This document shows positions 57,981 to 64,000 of a stretch of 64,000 nucleotides of DNA, piece by piece. Made by a program: the position numbers and the translations under genes. The stretch spans positions 248,001 through 312,000 of the forward strand of contig JABVCE010000026.1 in NCBI GenBank assembly GCA_014905635.1, in the 5' to 3' direction. The notes under the pieces are model-generated. The model saw only the letters and a program-made list of their open reading frames with translations, was not told the DNA's origin and ran no database searches. Every line of letters starts with the position of its first letter. Position 1 is the first letter of the stretch. Origin of the DNA: Scenedesmus sp. PABB004. Lineage: Eukaryota.

Positions 57981-60685
57981 TCAGCCCTGGTGCGACGCCG
58001 CGGCGGCCGCCTCGAGCGCGGCGATCTGCTCCGCGTGCGCCGCCGCCGCCGCAGCGAGCGTGGCCTCGTCGAGCGCGACGCCGCCACCCGCCGCGAGCAG
58101 GGCGAGCGTGTTGGCGTCCAGCCCGCCCGCGCCGTCGTGCCCGACCAGGCCGAGCTGGCCCTCGTGCTGCGCCCCGCCGCCGTCGCCGTCCTCGTCGCCG
58201 CCCATGCCGTCGTCGTCGCCGCCGTCGCCGCCGTAGTCGCCGCCCAGGCCGCCCAGGCCGCCGTCGTGCGGCGCCGGCGGCCCGGGGTCGGTGTCGACGA
58301 CCGCCGCGCACAGGTTCTCCAGCCACGCCTCGGTGCGGCCGTTGCCGCCGCGCGCGCGCGGCCGCGCCTCGCCGCCCTCGCTCTGCGCCTTGCGCACGCG
58401 CGCCTTGTAGGCCTCCTTGAAAAACGCCTGCGCCGCGCCGGGCCGGGCCGCGCCGCGCGGGCGCGCGGTGCTCAGCGCGGGCCGAGCGCGCGCACGCGCC
58501 GCCGCGCACCGCCGCGCCGCCGCGCCGCGCCGCGCCGCGCCGGGCCGCGCAGACCCCACCTGGCGCAGGCGCTTGACGGGCGCGTCGAGGTCGACGTTTG
58601 GGTCGGCGTCGATCTGCGCGAGGAAGCCGCGCAGCTTGGCGAGCGCCGGCTCGACCGCCATCGGGCGCTCGTTGTTGGCCGCGTACTGCTCGATCGAGCT
58701 GATGAGCTGCACCACGCTCTGGCGCTTGCGGAAGGGCCAGCGCGGGATGCCAAACTTGCGGCAGTAGTGCTTCAGCATCGTCTGCCCGATGCCCAGCTGC
58801 CGCGCCGCCTCCTCGATGGGAAGGTGGAACACCTGCGCGCGCCGCCGCGCGCCGCGCCGCGCCGCCGCGCGTGAGGAGCCGCGGGTTCGGACCGGGCACG
58901 GCGCGGCGCGGCGCGGCGCGGCGCGGCGCGGCGCGGCGCGGCGCGGCGCGCGCAGCGTGCGCGGCCGGCGCGGTGTGCTGCGCGCGCGCGCGGCCAGCCG
59001 CCGCCGCCGCCGCGGCCGCCGCCACGCACCGACTTGAGCATGTCGCGCGTGACCATGCGATCCGGCAGCACGCCGTGGCGGCGCACCATGTGCCCGCCGT
59101 CGCCGCCGCCGCCGCCGCCGCTGCCGTGCCCGCCGCCGTGCCCGCCGCCGCCGCCGCCGCCGCCGCCGCCGAGCGCGGCGCCCTGCCCGCCCGTGAGCTG
59201 CTGCAGCTGCATGAGCTGCTGCTGCAGCGCGAGCTGCTGCTGGAGCTGCTGGATCTGCAGCTGGTGCTGCAGCTGCTGCATCGCCTCGGGGCCCGCGCCG
59301 GCGCCGCCGCCGGCGCTGCCGCCGAGGCCGCCCGGCAGCTGCACGCCAAACGCGCCGCCCATGATGGGGACCTGGCCCAGCGACATCTGCTGCTGCAGCA
59401 GCGCGAGCTGGTCCTGCAGCCCGCCGTCGGGCCCCAGCGCGAGCGCCAGCTGCGGCGCCGCGGGGACGAGCATGTTGACGCCGTTGATGGTCACCACGGT
59501 GCCCAGCGCGGCGGGCCCGCCGCCCGCGTCGAGGCCGCCGAGCGCGCCGGCGTCCAGGCCGGCGGCGCCGCCGTCGGCGCTCTCGGCCTCGCCGCGCGCG
59601 CGCTTGACCGGGCGGCCCGCCTCGTCCAGCGCCGTGGCGCCCTGCAGCGCCGACAGGTCGAGCCCGCCGGGGCCGCCGAGCTGCACGAGCTGCACGCCCG
59701 GCGGCAGCGCAAAGCCCGCGCCGCCGGCGCCGCCGACCTGCAGGCCCTGCAGGCCCTGCAGGCCAAAGGCTGAGAGGTCGATGATGTTGCCCGACGCGTC
59801 GGCCAGCGTGCCGTCCGGCAGCGCGGTCAGCGCGAGCGGCTGCCCCGCCTCGTCCACCAGCAGCGGCGGCGCGGAGCCGGCGGCCGCCGCCGCGTCGGCC
59901 GCCGCCGCGTCGTCTGCGGCGTCGCCGCCCGCGCCGTCCGCGCCGCCGCCGTCCGGCTGCGGCGGGCCCCCGGCGGGCGCCGCGATGGTGTCCGCGGCCG
60001 CGGCCGCGGCGGCCGCCGCGGCGGCGGCGTCGCCCGCCAGGCCAGCGGCGGCGGCGGCGGCCGCCTGCTTGAGCGCAGGGTTGGCCATGGCCAGCAGGAT
60101 GTCGGCCACGTCGCTGTCGGCGGGCGCGTCGGGCTCACCTGGCAGGGCGCGCGGGCGCGGGCGCGGGGGCGGGGGCGGTGCGTGAGCCCGGGGGGGGGGG
60201 GGGGGGGGGGCGCTGTCGCCGCAGCCGCTGCGCGCGATGCGCGCGCAGCCGCCGACGGCAGCGCAGGCCCGCGCGTGCGCACCGGCCTTGCGCTTGAGCC
60301 CGCGCAGCTGCGCCTGCAGCTCCGGCGTCAGCTGCAGGCCCGCCGCCGCCGCGTCGGGCGCGGGCGGCGGCGCCGCCGCCGCGTCGGGCGCGTGCTCGGC
60401 GGGCGGCGCCGCGCCGTCGGCGCCGACCAGCGCGGGGCTGACCAGGTCGGGCGCGCGCGGGAGCTGGATGTCGGTGCCCGCCGGCGGCGCGCCCGCCGCC
60501 GCGGCGCCCGCGTCGGCGACGGGCGGTGAGACGAGGCGCTGCAGCAGGTCGCCGCCGCCGCCGCCGCCCAGCGCGCTCAGGTCGGCGCCGGCGCTGAGCT
60601 GCGCGCTCAGCGCGGCGAGCTGCTCGGGCGTGAGGCCCTCCAGCAGCAGGACCGTGCCGGGCTGCGCGCCGACGTCGCCCTCCAT
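57981..60685 (-). CDS. RWP-RK domain transcription factor, about 4 exons
   Basis: VTRDMLKSVFHLPIEEAARQLGIGQTMLKHYCRKFGIPRWPFRKRQSV ... KRLRQAFFKEAYK; long Ala/Gly/Gln-rich N-terminus from MEGDVGAQPG. Confidence 0.93.
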
Positions 60686-61370
60686 CACGCCCTGCGCCCC
60701 GGCCGCCGGCGAGGAGGCCCTGCTGCGCGGCGGGCGGCGGCGGGCGCGCGGGCGGGGCGGCGGCGGGCGCGCGGGCAGGGCAGCGGCGGGGGCGCGTGGG
60801 CCGGCCGCGGGCGCCGCACCCGCCCAGCACGCTGGTGGCGCCCCGGCGCGCGGTCCCCGTGCTCCCGGCGCGACGTGCGGGGCGTGCGGGGCGCCCCGGC
60901 GCACGCGCGGGCCTGCCCGCGCCGCGATGCGGAGGCAGCGCCCCCGCCCCCTGCCGCGCCGGCCAAGGCCGCGGGCCGAGCCGGGCGGCGGGCCACGGGC
61001 GCCGGGGCGCCTCGCGTGGCCGCCCGGGCCGGAGAACGCGGAGGGGCGCCACCCGCCCGCCCGGTTCTCCTGCCGCGGCCGCTCCGAATGCTCACCCCGC
61101 TCGCGCCGCCCGACGGCTCCTCTGGCGCCGCGCGGCGTGTGCCTCGCGGCCCGAGGCGGCCCTGGCGCGCGCGGGCGCACGCGGGCCGCGCCCACAGAAA
61201 CGAAACGAGACGGGCGTGTGTTGCTGCGCCGCTGCGGGCGTGTGCGGGCGCTGCGTGGCGTGTGGGTGCGCTGGCGGCGGCCGCGGGCGCTGCGGGTGGG
61301 CACGGCGCGAGGCCGCGCGGGGCTGAGCGCTGAACCCGGCCGCTCAGGCAAGCGTGCTTTCCGCGACCAG

Positions 61371-61518
61371 TTCAATCCAGGCCCGCCGGCAGCGTGCCGT
61401 CCTCGCGCAGCAGCCGCTCCAGGGCCGGCGTCACGCCCCAGGCGCGCTTGAGGTCGACGTACTGCGCCGCCAGCCGCGCGCGCTGCTCGCCGCCGGGCCG
61501 CGCGCCGCCGCGCACGGC
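61371..61518 (-). pseudogene. Duplicated copy of the 3' coding end of the neighbouring methyltransferase gene
   Basis: Near-identical to 61713-61857, including the stop codon (EQRARLAAQYVDLKRAWGVTPALERLLREDGTLP-GLD*). Confidence 0.8.
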
Positions 61519-61713
61519 AGCAGCGCGCCCCAGCGATGGCGCAGGCCCACGTCGCCCCGCCCCGGGGCTGCAAGCCCGACGTCCGTGTGCTGAGCGACGA
61601 GGCGCTGCGCGGCCAGCTGCACGCACGCCTGCTGCAGAGCGGGCCGCACGGCCTCGAGGGCGGCGGCGGGCGCGGCGGCAGCGCGCTGCATGCTGCGCCG
61701 CGCCCACGCGATT

Positions 61714-63326
61714 TCAGTCCAGGCCGTCCGGCAGCGTGCCGTCCTCGCGCAGCAGCCGCTCCAGGGCCGGCGTCACGCCCCAGGCGCGCTTGAGGTCGAC
61801 GTACTGCGCCGCCAGCCGCGCGCGCTGCTCGCCGCAGGGCCGCGCGCCGCGCACGGCGCGGATGAGCAGGTTTCGCGGCGTGTGCTCCGTGGACACAAAC
61901 TCCACGACGTCCGTCCTGCGAGCAGCAGCGCCGCGTGCGTGCGTGGGCGCCCGGGCACACGGCGCGCGGCGCGCGGCCGCGGCGCGCGGCGCGACACCCC
62001 GCCCCGCCCCACCTGTAGCCGGCGAGGCGCAGGAGGTGCGCGCGGAAGGTGTCGGTGAGCAGGTCGAGCGCCCGCTGCCGCAGTATGCCGTGGCAGAGCA
62101 GGGGGTCCAGCAGCGCCACCACGCCCTCGGCCTCGCCGCCGGCGGCCGCCGCGCGCGCCTGCTGGCGGTGCAGGTCCTTGTGGCAGCACGGCACCGACGC
62201 GATGAGCGCCGCGCGCGCCGCCACGCCGAGCGCGAGCGCCTCGTCCGTGGCGGTGTCGCACGCGTGCAGCGCGAGCACGACGTCGGGCGGCGCCGGCGGC
62301 GCAAAGCCCCGGATCGGCGCCGCGTGGAAGCCCACCACGTGCCGCGCGACGCCGAGCTCGGCCGCGAGCGCGTTGCTGCGCGCCACGAGCGCGGCGTTCG
62401 TGTCGACGCCGGTCAGGCGCACGGCGAGGCCGCGCACGCCGGCGAGGTAGTGGTACGTCCCGAGCGTGAGGTGCGACGCGCCGCAGCCCGCGTCGAGCAG
62501 GTGCACGCCGCTGGGGCGCGCCGCGAGGCGCTCCAGCTCGCCCGTGTGCAGGAGGAGCTTGATGAACTCGTTGATCTGCGTGAACTTGGCCTGCGCCGGC
62601 GGGGCGCGGCGGCGGCGCCGCTCAGACGGGGCGCAGCGCCGCTCGGACGGGCGCGGCGGCAGCAGCGCGGGGCACGCCGGCGCACGCAGGCGCGCGCGCC
62701 CGCGCCCGCGCGCCGCACCTGCATGCTCGCCCGGACGCGCCCGTCCGCGGTCTGCAGCCCGATGCGCTGCAGGAAGGGGTGAGGCACGCTGCCGTCGATG
62801 GGCTGCGCCTTGGCGCGGTCGTGCGCGAGGCTGATCGGGCCGGCGGCGCCCGCCGGCGCCAGGCCGCCGCCGGCGCCGCCGCCCTGCGGCGGGCCCGCGC
62901 CAGCGGCCGCGCCGGCGGGCGGGCTGCCGGGCGGCGCTGCGGCGGCGGCCTTGCCCGGCCCGCGCTGCACCAGCACGCGGCCCTTGCGCGAGACCTGCAC
63001 GTTGAGCGTGGCCGCTGCCGTAGCGAGCGACGCGCTCGCCCACGGCAGCGCGAGCAGCTCCCGCAGCGCCGCGCCCGCCGCGTCGGGCGTGTAGTTGCGC
63101 GTCGTGTCCTGCGAGCGCACCGCCGGCGGCCGGCGCGGCACCGGCTCGGCCGCTGCTGCCACGCCGCCGCCGCCGCCGCCGCCGCGCCGCGTGCGCTGCG
63201 CGCCGCGCCGCGCGGCCCCCCACCTGGCGCGCGTCCAGCAGCGAGAGCTGCAGCTGCAGCTTCCCCCGGAGCAGCACTGGCCGCAGCGTGAGCTGCTTGT
63301 AAGGCATGAGGCCGCCGGCGCCCCCA

Positions 63327-63366
<40 letters not shown>

Positions 63367-63763
63367 GCGCTGCGTGCGCGCCGCCGGGCTGCTTGACGTT
63401 GGCGTCCGTCGGCGCAGTGATGCGGCCCTTGCACACCAGCCGGACCAGCTGCTCCGGCCGCTCCAGCGCGGCGGCCGCGACCAGCTCCCGCCAGTCGTCG
63501 GCGCTGCCGGCGCCAGCGGCGGCGGGGGCTGCTGCTGTCGCTGCTACCGCTCCTGCTGCTGCTCCTGCTCCTGCTCCTGCTGGGCGGCCCGCTGCCCCTG
63601 TCGCGGCCGCGCGCACTCGCCGCGGCGCAGCGGCACCGGCAGCAGCAGCAGGCAGCGCCGGCGGCGGCGGCAGGACGGCGCGCCGGCGCGCAGCGCCGGT
63701 GTGCCCGGCGGCCGGCGGCTGTGGCACCCGGCCGGCAGTCGCCGCCGCGCGGGGCGCGCGCAT
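61714..63763 (-). CDS. SAM-dependent methyltransferase (Methyltransf_32-like), organelle-targeted, 4 exons
   Basis: HDRAK...PFLQRIGL...GRVRASMQAKFTQINEF, LLDAGCGASHLT, LTGVD, VLALHACDTATDEAL, SVPCCH, LLTDTFRA...GYRTDVVEFVSTEHTPRNLLIRA. Confidence 0.9.
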
Positions 63764-64000
63764 CGCCAGCGGCGGCGGCGAGCAGCTGTCGGCGGCGGCG
63801 GTGGCGCGGCTCAGGCAGCGGGGGGCCGCCGCCCCTGATCACGGCGACGGAAGTGCTGTGCTGTCGTCGACAGCGGCGCGTGGGGACGTGCAGCCTATCG
63901 AGCGCGGCGGCGACGGCGCCGGCGCCGCGTCTTTGCGGGCCGCAAACGCGCCTGGTGGCCGTGGCGGCGCGCCTGGCGCAGGTCTCACACGCCACAGCTC

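Noticed and set aside
58772..63763. 1663-aa ORF apparently fusing the methyltransferase to the RWP-RK N-terminus, and other 500-1400 aa R/A/G/P-rich ORFs
   Set aside because: Stop codons are scarce at this GC content; these ORFs read through introns and intergenic DNA, and the real genes have their own stops and starts
805..63763. Triterpene or lipid biosynthetic gene cluster (cyclase, dioxygenase, desaturase, MFS transporter, methyltransferases)
   Set aside because: The cyclase has primary-metabolism CAS residues, the dioxygenase is a protein P4H, and the genes are interspersed with unrelated housekeeping genes

Overview
This is very GC-rich (visually about 75-80%, not computed), intron-dense eukaryotic nuclear DNA, most consistent with a chlorophyte green alga. 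Support: TGTAA polyadenylation signals, plastid and thylakoid transit peptides, RWP-RK and AP2 factors, and cycloartenol synthase; a Sphaeropleales-like origin is an inference. Most long ORFs in the six-frame track are GC artefacts. Splicing by hand gives about 20 genes: a partial 3' gene end, cycloartenol synthase, a JmjN/JmjC demethylase, prolyl 4-hydroxylase, a MATH-BTB-(long insert)-BACK-like protein plus a neighbour sharing its repeat motif, a His-box-degenerate FAD6-like desaturase, an ENF2/PotD-like protein, a Deg5-like protease, two membrane proteins, a SET/LSMT-like methyltransferase, a lumen-targeted EF-hand protein, an MFS transporter, an F-box/LRR protein, a double-AP2 factor, a subtilase, LAS1, an RWP-RK factor and a SAM methyltransferase. 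The most unusual signals are non-coding. (i) Telomere-like TTTAGGG/CCCTAAA pieces sit with consistent polarity at intron ends in the first 10 kb; one forms a splice acceptor, and there is an intergenic head-to-head junction. (ii) About 14 of roughly 100 introns use AG|GC donors. (iii) Intron ends are self-complementary, and there are long perfect fold-back repeats, including a ~200-bp hairpin satellite. Exon boundaries are manual and approximate.
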